NCBI GenBank assembly: GCA_035221665.1
Contig: CM069143.1
Span: forward strand, 20,646,001 to 20,710,000
Source of the DNA: Okamejei kenojei
Lineage: Eukaryota
Reading direction: 5' to 3'
Length of the DNA: 64,000 nt
Position numbers and translations under genes: made by a program. The notes below the pieces were generated by a model that was not told where the DNA came from, ran no database searches, and saw only the letters and a list, made by a program, of their open reading frames with translations. Every line of letters starts with the position of its first letter. Position 1 is the stretch's first letter. Shown here piece by piece: positions 37,271 through 48,854 of the stretch.

Positions 37271-39959
37271 TCATTAGGTCAGACGCATGGCGCAGCGACG
37301 GGCTGGAGAGCGCAGCGCCACCAGCGGTAAGTTTAAAAACTCGCAGGTAAGTTGTAAACTACGCTGCGAATTTGCTTGAGTTCCATAAGGCTGGTTTCAG
37401 GAACAATGGAGAAATCGACTAAAAGTAAGGCGAGGTGTGCCGCCGACAAAAACAAAAGGACTGACCGCGGGGCCAGCGGGCGGGCGCTTATGCCAGCTCC
37501 AGAGCCGCCGGCAGTACAGCCAGCGGCAGCAACTCCGGTGCCTCAGAGCACCGATGACACTCCAGTCGGGAGGAAGGCCATGAGAAAATAACTAAGGCCT
37601 GTCAACTCTGATGAGTCAGGCCAAGAAGACTACCCTCCTACCAGCAAAAAGGTATGGGGACGTTTGGATAAAATAGATATCTCTTAGAGAAAATACTCAA
37701 ACATGAGGTGTTCCAGCCAGGGTTTTATACCTCCAGGGTTCCCCAGCAGCCCTCAGCAGCAACCTCCAGCAGAGGTCCTTATAGAGAAGAACTATACCTG
37801 CAGGAGGAACCACATGTCCATGAGTCTGCATGGGGACCCATACCAGCAGTGCCAGGTCAAGGGCTGCATGATACCTCCCTTATGCATGAGCAGGGAGAGC
37901 CAGGGCAGTATGACTCTGACCCTGAAGTTGGTGATATAGCGGAGGAGCATACACCAAAGCACACAAGCTTGGCTACAGGTGTGCCGGATGTGGCAAGTAA
38001 ATTCGCTATACCGGCTGGAGCCGGTGAGGAAATGGAAGAAAACCTGGCCAGGAACATCAATTATATGGCCTCTCACCAGCTCCAAGAATCCATAATGGAT
38101 GAAACTTCAAAAAAATATGAAACACCTGTAAACTGTGCATCGCTCAGAGTGCCCACAGTGAACCAGGTCATCTGGGGGCAAATGGGCGCATCCATGCGGT
38201 CGCATGAGTTAAGACTGCAAAAAGTCTTAAAATTAATTGGAGCAGGAATAACGGCTTTTGGGCGGACAGTTGAAGGGGCATCACTATCGAACACACAGCA
38301 GGATATGTTGGCCCTGCTGTGTAACGCCCATTTCAAAATCAATTGCCCAAGATAAACTGCCATCAAGCCTACGCTCAACCCAAGATTCGCAGCCTTATGC
38401 AGATCCTCCAATATTAAACCACCAAACTTACTGTTTGGGGAGGATCTAGCAAAACAAGTTAAGGACTTGGATGATGAGGCAAAGATGACCGGCCCCATCA
38501 AAACAAATCCCTCAGGCAAGATGCCGCCTCGTAGACCATACCCCTTCAGACGGGCCAAAGACGCTGATGCAGGGCAAGGACCAAACCGGGCTATTCCATC
38601 TCTATCGCCATTGGCATGCACCAGTGCATACCCCCAACAGAACTAGGGGACAGAGGAATCCAGCGATTATGGAGGTACGAGCAACTGGACCTGTCCAGGA
38701 CATATCCTTCAGAGATCAGTCACCAGTAGGGGGTAGGTTGCAATTGTTCTACAATGAATGGTGTTGCATAACATCAGATCAGTTTATACTGGACAGTATC
38801 CGGGGGTCTCAAATCGAGTTTATCTCTGAAGTACATCCACCCGTACAACATACACCAAGTCAGGTATTGTTTTTTTCAAAACCAGAAACTCTACAGGTTA
38901 ATGATGAAATTGAAATATTATTCAAAAAAGGGGTAATTGAAAGGACGGCTTATCAGCCTAAACAATTTGTGTCTAATATAGTCCCCAGGCAAAAGAAGGA
39001 TGGTGGGTGTTGAGTCATTCTGGACCTAACCCGACTGAACTCCTATGTCCAGTATAAACATTTAAAATGGAAACTTCCAGTACTGCTGAGCAACTGGTTT
39101 CCAAAAGATGTTATATGGCGAGTATAGATCTAAAAGATGCATATTATTCAGTACCAATTCATCACAAATACGGTAGATACTTAAAATTTAGTTGGATGAG
39201 ACAGCTGTGGAAATTTAAAACTTTGCTCAATGGGTTGACCTCAGCCCCTAGGTTATTTACAAAATTGTTGAATCCAGTATTAGGACTACTCCGGGCTCAG
39301 AATCACATTGTGATGGCATACTTGGATGATGTTCTGATCATAGGCAATACTCAGGAGGCAGCTGAATTGTCAGTTTCAGTTACCAAACACATGTTTGAGA
39401 GGTTAGGTTTCCTCATCCATCCAACTAAATCCAAATTAGTGCTGTCTAGAATCATTGACTATTTGGGGTTCATCATTGATTGAACTAACGTCAGTGACTC
39501 TGCCTACGGTCAAAACTTTAGAAATTATGGAGGCCTGCAGCAATCTGGTAGATGAACAGCAACCCTCCATCTGATGAATGGCCAGCGCTATTGGGAAATT
39601 AGTGGCGACTTTCCCTGGAGTGCAATTTGGGCCTCTACACTATCAGAATGTGCAACGAGGTAAGGAATAGGCACTCAAAAAACATGCAGGTAATTTCGAT
39701 AGACCAATGCAGTTGCCAGTCAAAGCTATCACCGAGTTGCAATGGTAGATAACTAATGTCTCACATTGTACTAGAAACATTCTGACTAAACAACCTTCAG
39801 TTATTTTACAGACTGATGTGAGTGCTTTGGGATGGGGAGCCACTGATACCAAGTCTAGCTGTGGCGGCAGATGGAGTATGCAAGAGGCATTGATCCTGCG
39901 GATGCATGGGATAAACTATTTAGAATTATTGGGGGCATTTTCTGGTTTTGAAAAAAACA

Positions 39960-42821
39960 ATACCTCTCAGGAAACAATACCTCACTATAGATCTTTTTAT
40001 TAAATTTTGTAGGGGATAAGAAAATCAGATCAATTTCAAATGGCAGACAATCCTCCTTTTCCATCTTTAACCAGTCTGGTTGTTGATCCATATCTTCCAA
40101 CCAGAAATTTAAGTTTTTGACATTGACTGCCCAGAAACAAAATAAGAAATTTTGGTAAGACTAATCCTCCATTCGTCTTAGATTTACATAAGTGTTTTTA
40201 CTTATTCTGTGATTCTTATAATTCCAAATAAAACTTGTTACAATTGAGTAAATTTTTTAAAAGAAATTTTTAGGGAGGTATATTGGAATTGATTGGAAGA
40301 TATATAGAAGTTGAGGAAGGAAAATCATTTTAATTGCATTAATTTTACCGAGCATTGAAATAGGAAGCGTTTTCCAATATTGAATATTCTTATCCAATTT
40401 AAAGGCACAAAATTTGATTTAAATAAAGAAGTATATTTCTTGGTCACTTAGATTCCTAACTATTTAAATTTTTCATTCATTATTTTAAAAGGTGATTGTT
40501 GCAATATATATACATTAGGTTCCATTATTGGCATAATCTCACTCTTCTTTCAGTTGATTCTATATCCCAAGAATAAACCAAATTGAGTTATAAGATTTAA
40601 CAGGTTAGGGATACTAATTTCTGGATTTGTAATATATAGTAGTACATCATCTGCATATAGAGAAATTTTATTAACTGTATTTTTAGTATTATACCCATAT
40701 ATTTCTGGATGAGCTCGAATTCTTTCTGCTAGTGGTTCTATAACAAGGGCGAATAGTAACGGTGATAACGGGCATCCTTATCTACAACCTTTAGATAAAT
40801 CAATTTTTTTATAACATTTGATTTGTCATTATTCTGGCTGTTGGATTGGTATATAAAAGCTTAACCCATGTACAAAACTTCTCACCTAATTGAAAAATTT
40901 TTCCATCACCGAAAATAAATAGGGCCATTCAATTTGATCGAATGCTTTCTCAGCGTCTAGTGAGATGACTGCTAAGTCTTCATTAGCTAGTCGATTTGAG
41001 TATATAATGTTGAATAATCGTCTCAGATTATAATATGAATAACGTTTTGGAATAAAGCCAGTTTGACCGGGGTGTATTAATTTATAAATCACTAAGCTTA
41101 ATCTGTGTGCTAAAATTTTGGTTAAAATTTTCTGATTGATGTTTAATAGAGCATATGCTCTATATGAACCTGGATCTTCAAGTTCCTTATCCGTTTTTGG
41201 AATAAGTATTATAGTTGATTCAATTAAAGTTTCTGGGAGTTTCTATTGCATGAATGCTTGAGTATATAATGTCTGTAGGCGTAGCGAGATCAAGTAATGA
41301 AATCTTTTATAAATTTCACTATTTAAACCATCTGGTCCAGCGGACTTTCCATTTTTTAAAGAATTAATAGATTCCTCAATATCTTTTACTGATATTTCGG
41401 CCCCTAATAATTCCCTCCCTTTCAAATCTAAACCAGTAAGGTCATAATTCTGTAAGAATAATTCCATTCCTACAGAACCCCCTGCCGTTTTGGTTGAATA
41501 AAGTGTTTGATAGCATTGAGAGAACCTGTCATTAATATCCTCGGGTAGTGTTAATATTTCTCCCATATCTGATTTAATTTTATATATTGTTTTTTCCCCC
41601 TTCCTGTTTCCGGAGTTGGCGTGTTAGTAATTTTTGTGGTATATCTCCAAATTTAAAGTGTACCTGTTTAGTCTTTTGATAAACTTTTATGAATTGGTCT
41701 GAGTATATTTGGTTTAACTTATATTTGAGTACAGCAATTTTATTATGTATTATTATAGAAGGCGCGATTGCATTTTCCATATCTAATTGCCTTATTTCCA
41801 TTTCCAATACCAGTTGTTTGGCGCGGTTCTCTTTATTACGAAAGGCGGAGTATTAAGTAGTGCGGAGGTTAATGCTCCTCGCATAAATGCTTTAAATGTT
41901 TCCCAAAGAAGGGAAGCAGAAATTTCAGGGCAGTCATTTGTCTCAAAAAACATATTTATCTGTTTGATAAGATATTCATAGCATGCTTTATCATTTAAAA
42001 TTTGAGGATTAGGTCTCCATTGTGTCTGCTTATCAGTCATACCACTTAGTTTGATCATGAATGTTAAAGGAGCATGATCCGAAATTATAATATTATGATA
42101 TTTCGAATTATAAGTAAATGGGATGAGTTTAGAATCTACTAAAAAGTAGTCTATCCTTGAATAATTTTATGTACTGAAGAGTAAAACGAGCATTCCCTTC
42201 CGGATGGATTTTCAATTCTCCAAACATCCTTGATATTGGTGGTATTAATATATGAGTTTAATAATTCACTTGATTTGGATTTTGCTTTTCTTTGTCTTGT
42301 TGATCTATCGAGATAGGAATCTAATGTACAATTTAAAACTCCGCCAATTATCAAATTATGTTGTGTGAGCTCCGGAATAGTATTAAGTATATTCTTAAAA
42401 AACATTGGATTATCAAAATTTGGTCCATAAACATTGAGAAATTCACTTTTTTTTAATATAATTCACCCACTTGTATAATATATCTACCATTGATGTCCGC
42501 TATAGTTGATATGTGTTTAAAAGATATACCTTTACGAATTAAAATTGTGACACCTCTGGCCTTATGGGAAAATGAAGAGTGATATGTTTCAGTGGTCCAT
42601 TTTGCTTTCAATCTATGTTGTGCCTCTTTTTTAAGGTGAATCTCTTGAAGGAACGTTATATCTGCTTTGAGTGATTTTAAGTGTGCTAATACGTTGGTTG
42701 GCTCATTAACTCCCTTGACATTCCAACTACAGTTTAAGTGTGCTAATACTCTTGATTGGCTCATTAACTCCCTTGACATTCCAACTACAAAACGTAATTC
42801 CTTGACCCCCGTTTTTTCCAT
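39960..42821 (-). pseudogene. L1 ORF2p (EN-RT), fragmented
   Basis: ORF fragments 42453-42821, 42151-42405, 41243-41566 and 40886-41092 carry APE and RT motifs. A ~56-bp tandem duplication lies at ~42677-42789. Confidence 0.88.
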
Positions 42822-43584
42822 TTACGTCTTGCATCTTGCTTTTTAGGGTGGTCTATAAAAGAGCAGATAGGTCAGCACCGTAGACCCGACCTTCCACCCG
42901 AACACTGGACAGACGAGTTGTAAATATAATTCATATAAATCCTCCTCACGGACACATCTCCACAAATAATATTTGTAAATAAATTCAAGCTTAATATAAT
43001 AATTAGGTAGGAAATCCAAAAAGTAAAAAAATAGAAAATTAATTAAATGAGAAAAGAAAGAAGAAACTACATCTAAATTTAGTGTAGTTAGTGCTAGCCA
43101 CACTAATGTGGCTGTCCATCTAAAGACTTCCGTAGATTTAAAAAAAAAATGTATTCCTAGCTCCATGCTTACAAGAAAAATTTGAATATGAGTAATTTAC
43201 GGGATTATATTAAAACTATTTTGGACCAGAGTATTGGTAATCATATAGTGAGGGACTATTATTCTCTTAGTTAGTTAGTCTAATGTAGATAAAGGGTGAA
43301 CATCACAAATTCCAATTAATAAGATATCTAAATTATAACTTTTTATTTGTTGGTTTTTTATATTTAACATATCATGTTTTTAACTAATTGCTCCAATAAT
43401 AATAACAAGTGTTTTTGATGATTAGTAATTGTTAGTAAAAATTAGTATTAAATATTTAACAAATAATATGTCCCTAACAGGGGGATCAGCACGATTGTCG
43501 TTATCAGCTTTCAATAGTCCTTGAATATAACGGATTAAAGTTCCATTTGTTCTCAGCAAGATGATGGTATTATATGTAAATTAT

Positions 43585-44697
43585 TCAACCCTCTCTCGAA
43601 CCCACAATCTTCTGGGCATATGCCAGTGCTTTCTTGTGATCAGTGAAAAAATGTTCCTTCTTCAGATAAGTGACTCGCAGTCTTGCGGGGTACAGCAATC
43701 CATATTTCAAGTTGTCTATCTTCTTTAGAATCCCTCTTGTCTCGTTGAATAACGCTCTCCTTCTGACCACCTCTGCAGGGTAATCTCGAAATATGCTTAT
43801 TTTGTCTCCATCAAACATAAGATTTCTTGTGCCAGCAAATTTTTTCATGATATCCTCCAACACATGATCATATTGGACCTTCACTATCAGCTGCCTGGGG
43901 TGGGGGGGGGGGGGGGGCGTTCTGGTACAAGCGACGTCCAAGAACTCTATGTGCCTGCCCTAATAAAGGCTTTTGGTCTAAATTCAAGACTGTTTTTAAT
44001 AAGTCTGCAGCAAAGTCATGGAGATCTTTATTTCCTTCTTTACCCTCATGAATGCCCACGATTCTCAGATTCTGTCTTCTCTGACGGCCCGAATGCATTT
44101 TTCAGTTACTTTAAGCAGTAAATCTGATAAACGCTTGTTCTCGGCAAGGAGTGTCTCTGTTGTTACTTCCAGATGAGTTATGGCGTCAGCCTGTTTCTCC
44201 ATTTGTTGCTGCATTGTTGTGAAGGTCGCATCCAGATTATCATGAGTGTTAGTTTCATTCGACTTAATTTTCTCGTATACTTCATTAATTTGTAAGTCGA
44301 AATTTGCTGACATTTCCTTCATGTTAGTCACTTTCGTATGCACAAGATTAGTCATTTTATTTTCAAACTCTAAGAAATCTTCTTTACTCTCTGTTTTGAG
44401 ACTTTTCAAAATTTCTTTAATATTCAATTCATTTTTAAAACTTATCAATTCTTCTTTTATACTTGCAATTTCAATTGTAATGCTGTTGCAAAGTTCATCC
44501 ATTTCTCTTTTCTTTATGTATATCTTCTGGGCCACTGAAACGTCCTCCTGGGACGATGTTAAAACTGAGCCCGAGGCTTCAGACCGGCCTACTTCCTCCT
44601 TCGTTTGTTTTCCTCTTGTAGTCTTTCTAGTCGGTTCCTTTATGGGGGAGTGCTTTACCGACATTAGGACTTCAGTCGCGGTCTGATGATGTCCCAC
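43585..44697 (-). pseudogene. L1 ORF1p, frameshifted
   Basis: Coiled coil, RRQNLRIVGIHEGKEG, and IFRDYPAEVVRRR..YGLLYPARLRV split across three frames. Confidence 0.88.
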
Positions 44698-45309
44698 AGG
44701 CTGCCGGAACGATTTCTGCAGGTCAGTTCCATATTTAGTTCCTGTTTTTTTTTCGGTCTTTTCGCGTGGAGCTAGTTGGCACTCACCCTACTCCACCATT
44801 AGCGCCACCGGAAGTCCGCTATTACTGTTCTTTTGTTACTAAAAACATTCATTTGTATAATTCAAACAATGTTCAATACATTATTTGTTTATCCTGTGTC
44901 AACCGAAGCAGTGTGTCGTATGGAACTGGATCTACGGCATGAAATCACAGAGCTTTGAAATCTTCACGGAATCACTCACGTGACTCAGAAGTAAAATAGT
45001 AAGATTAAACATGAACTTACCAGTTTGAAGTTTGATCTTTATTTTATGAGGAGTTACGGTGAGCAATTACGTGCCCTCCACTCCCGGCCCTCATAATCGC
45101 AAAGATCATCTGCTAGTTCTAGTCTTTTGAGTCTTACTATATCACTTCGACTGTAGTTACTGTGATTTCATGCCACTGCTTTGAAGATTGACGCGCATGC
45201 GCACTGGCGGGGCTTCTTCACGTAATCGCTCACCGTAACTCCTCATAAAATAAAGATCAAACTTCAAACTGGTAAGTTCTCATTTAATCTTACTATTATT
45301 TACCACTGT

Positions 45310-45383
45310 TTTCTCCCTCCCTGAATTATGTGCGGTTACCATGACATTTCTCCCTCCCTGAATTATGTGCGGTTACCATGACA
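45310..45383 (+). repeat. Perfect 37-bp tandem duplication
   Basis: TTTCTCCCTCCCTGAATTATGTGCGGTTACCATGACA x2, 12 bp beyond the DIRS copy 4 right end. Confidence 0.95.
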
Positions 45384-45669
45384 AAATATGATTGCACTGC
45401 TTACATGCAACATTTGAGTCGAACAGTTTTGGGGACCAACCATGCGAACTGGTATATTGATAGGATAGTATAACAGTAAATTTTACCCAAAGTTACACAG
45501 ATGCAGTCAGAAACTGAAACTTATCCTGTTTTCTTGCATGCATTTCACTGTTAACCGGTTGCACTGGGCAGTCCTGCACATTTTACACACAGCCTGGATT
45601 TCCTAACCAGTGATGTGTGAAACAGACAGAATATCTACTGTGCCTAACCAGTTAAAACCAATAATATTT

Positions 45670-45835
45670 CATGAGACATGGCTGGGTGGAGCTGTGGAAA
45701 GCACTAGTGGAATAAAGAATACTCAGACAGGTACATGGATAGGAAAAGCTTAGAGGGACTGGGTAAACATGGGCAAATGGCTTCGGTGAGATTTTTGCCA
45801 GGCATGGACGAGTTTGGCCTCTTTTTGTGCATGAT
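45670..45835 (+). mobile_element. CR1 LINE 3' tail
   Basis: agacaggtacatggataggaaaagcttagaggg...ggcatggacgagttt. Confidence 0.6.
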
Positions 45836-47458
45836 AGCTGTAACCAATTGCCCCACTATATCTTAATCCCTTTGCTTTTCCACACAAACTAATGGTTCAT
45901 CTTCACTCCTCTAAGTAGATCCAAAACTATTCCATACTTGTATTGATGCTGTATTTAATTCTCTGGATGTGCAGTAGAACTCATGGCCATAAAAGCAATT
46001 GTAAACTCACTGGAAATAAAACAATGGGACAAAGTCCATGTTGTTTTACTGAAAGTAAAACCTTTTTTGTATATGTTTTTTGAAGGGAGCAACATGCTGC
46101 AAAATACCGGACATCTGGCACATTTAAGCTGATGCAGTCACAGCACATCTCTCTGAGAGTCATTGCCTGTAGTCTTCAGCGGTGTACTGACAGGTAAAAC
46201 ACTGCCACTGGCTGTACATAGTTACCTATTAGCTATGCCTGGCATCATGTAAAAACAGAGCAATCTCCAAAATGTTTTGTTTGTTTTATTTTTGTACAAC
46301 ACACAGCTGCATGTCCTTCCAGGTTAGTACAGTGCTAATCACGATTGAGCAAAGCAACCTTGGTGTTGATATTTAATTCAATCTGAACTCATCCCAAGGC
46401 CACCGAGACTGAAGCCAGACCTGAACCACAAAAGCACTATCCAAATCAATAGTAATAGTACAAGAGGAATCCTGGCTGAGTTCCAGGCTGCTCTATTTCC
46501 GAGAAGTCTGCTTTCCTCCAACTCTAACCTCTTAAGTATCCTTGACTTCCTACGCCTCACTATTGGGGAATGTGCCTACAGCTGTCTAAATTCCAGGCTT
46601 TATTATTCCATAGATCGCTCCATTCCTTTACATTGCTGCTTAAAACCACTCCTAAACTAATGGATATGATTGTGCTTTGACAAGCCACCCCCTGCACTTG
46701 CTCTCCATGTTGTTCCCCCTGTCCACAATTACATTTTACCACGGGTTTAATTAGCTGAGACTTGCTGCTGCAGTGGACCTACAAACAGACCGCAAGCAAC
46801 GACTTGACCTCAGGGAATGGATCCAGAGGTCTTGCTGCCAGGCCACTCCAATGATCCTTCTGACTTCTTACTGCTTTTAAAAGCATTTGAATGCGTTCTA
46901 TATATCTGATGATCTAATACATTTAAAACAGTATAAAGGAATTAATAATTTAAGAAAACAACTTTAGAAAGGAGAAAAATAATTTAACTTAAAACACATT
47001 TGAAGTCTTCAAATTAATTATGTTAAGATTAAATAAAATAAGGAGAATAATACACTTCTTCAATCAAACATTTTCAGCCCAATTCAAATGACACAGAGCG
47101 CATTACAAACGACAGCAATAACTAGGATACAGGTGAGGTGCCGGATGTAAAAGTGCATCCAGCCTTTCAGCTCAGAACATTTGCGCTGCGCCTTCAGGTA
47201 ATGCAGTGTCCAATGGCAGAGTGGACGGTTAGATATGCCGGCACCAGCCTCCAGCTTGTCTTTGCCATCTGCGTCATATTGCAGAGGCACAAAGCTCGGT
47301 AGTGAGCTGACCCACTGTGAGGAGGCAGCAAACAGGTCTCCACAGAGCTGCTGGCATGCTTGAGACAATGCACATTTCCTTGACCTGTTTTTTCTCTTTG
47401 ATTGTTCTTGGGCATTTTATTATACCAAGAGAAAGTTGGTGCTACTGTTGATGCCTTT

Positions 47459-47981
47459 AGGGCCTGTCCCACATGGGCGACCTAATCCGCGTGTTCTGGC
47501 GAGTTTGCCCTCGACTCGTACTCACAGCATGGTTGACACGAGGTCGTAGGAAGTCTTTGTAACTCTCCTTCATGCTCGAGAGTGGTCTTCGTGAACTCGA
47601 GGCCTCAGCTAGATCGTGGCGTTTTAAAAAATGTTAAAAAATGCCTGTGAGTAAAAAAAGGTCGCCATGGAAAAAATCAATACTTTTTTTACTCGTAGCT
47701 TGTGTAGGTCAGCATGGTAGTCATAGGTAATCGAGGGTAGTCGAAGGTCGTCGTAGATAGTCTTCACCATAGTTGAAGGGAGGTCGAAGTAGATCGAAGG
47801 AGGTTGTCTTCACTCTCCACTATTCGGTGTCCAATTTTCCTGAAGTTAGTTGTATCTAGTCGTAGCTGGTCTTCAAAATAGTCGAAGGTGGTCTTCAACA
47901 TAGTCGAAGGAGGTCTTCAACATGTCATTTTTTCAAACTCTTCTAAATTCGCCAATTAGGTCACCCAAGTGGGATAGCCCT
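47459..47981. mobile_element. PIF/Harbinger MITE
   Basis: AGGGCCTGTCCCACATGGGCGACCTAAT...ATTAGGTCACCCAAGTGGGATAGCCCT, an imperfect TTN TSD and internal GTCGAAGG/GTCTTCA repeats. Confidence 0.85.
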
Positions 47982-48005
47982 TTGAGCCTTCCAAAAACTT
48001 AAGTG

Positions 48006-48165
48006 TGTAGGAAGGAACTACAGATGCTGTTTCACACCGAAGATAGACACAGAATGCTGGAGTAATTGAATGGGACAGGCAACAACTCTGGATAGAAGGG
48101 ATGGGTGACGGTTTGTGTCGAGATGAAACGTTACCCATTCCTTCTATCCAGAAGATGCTGCCTGT
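48006..48165. mobile_element. Penelope-derived fold-back repeat
   Basis: GTAGGAAGGAACTACAGATGCTG...ATAGAAGGGATGGGTGACG / CGTTACCCATTCCTTCTAT inverted arms. Confidence 0.6.
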
Positions 48166-48854
48166 TTCAAAAACTCAAGTCAAGATTGATAGTAATTCAT
48201 TTGTCATTTACCTGTTTTATCTAACTGGAATCCCGTAATTTAGGTGAGATTTGATTTCTGGCCCAAATAACATGCGTACTTTTGTTGTTGCCACTGCATT
48301 TGTGACCTTGGCCATCCATTGTTAATGGTTATGCTTTATGGAGTTATTCGTAATATCTCACCAGTGACTGTGACTTGCTTCATTTCAGGAATTTTAATAT
48401 TTCCCAGTGAGTTTATTTATTCCTGCGAAGAATGAGATGATCCCACCCTGGGGATTCACTGTCAGCATGGTGCTTTGACTCGGCAAATATGAATTTCAAT
48501 TCAAATTCTAATTCTAAAGATAGCGTTAGTGAATTCTGTTAGCTGAGATATGCCAAGGAAAACAGTCGAAGATCAGTTAAAGGAGACGATATCCCTCATG
48601 AATAGCTTATTTCAGATATTTGTTTTATAATGCTCTAATCTCTTGTGCCACAATGAATTGGTCATGAAGTGCACTGCCTTGTGTGTGAAATAAGCCAATG
48701 ACACCAAGGTTGTTCCAGTTGATGTTTAATTAAGTGAGGAGGTTATAATGACGTCCATGCATTCGGAGGGAAACTCCAGGTTGTAGAAATGAACACTGGT
48801 TTTGTCTTGCTGTTCAAGTCCTGAAAATAAACCTATATAAAAATGACCTGTTAA

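Larger units (their letters stand above)
39946..44817 (-). mobile_element. L1-clade LINE, 5'-intact, 3' end lost
   Basis: The 5' end reads GGACTTCCGGTGGCGCTAATGG. ORF1 is followed by ORF2 EN (SWNVKG, FLQEIH), RT (GPDG, SLDAEKAFD, LYADD) and downstream sequence ending abruptly. Confidence 0.93.
37211..45297 (+). mobile_element. DIRS retrotransposon copy 4 (subfamily B), L1-interrupted, MT and YR deleted
   Basis: Highly similar to copy 2. gag starts at ATG 37406 and RT/RNase H run to ~39945. ICR ~44961-45073 and the right terminus are intact. Confidence 0.94.
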
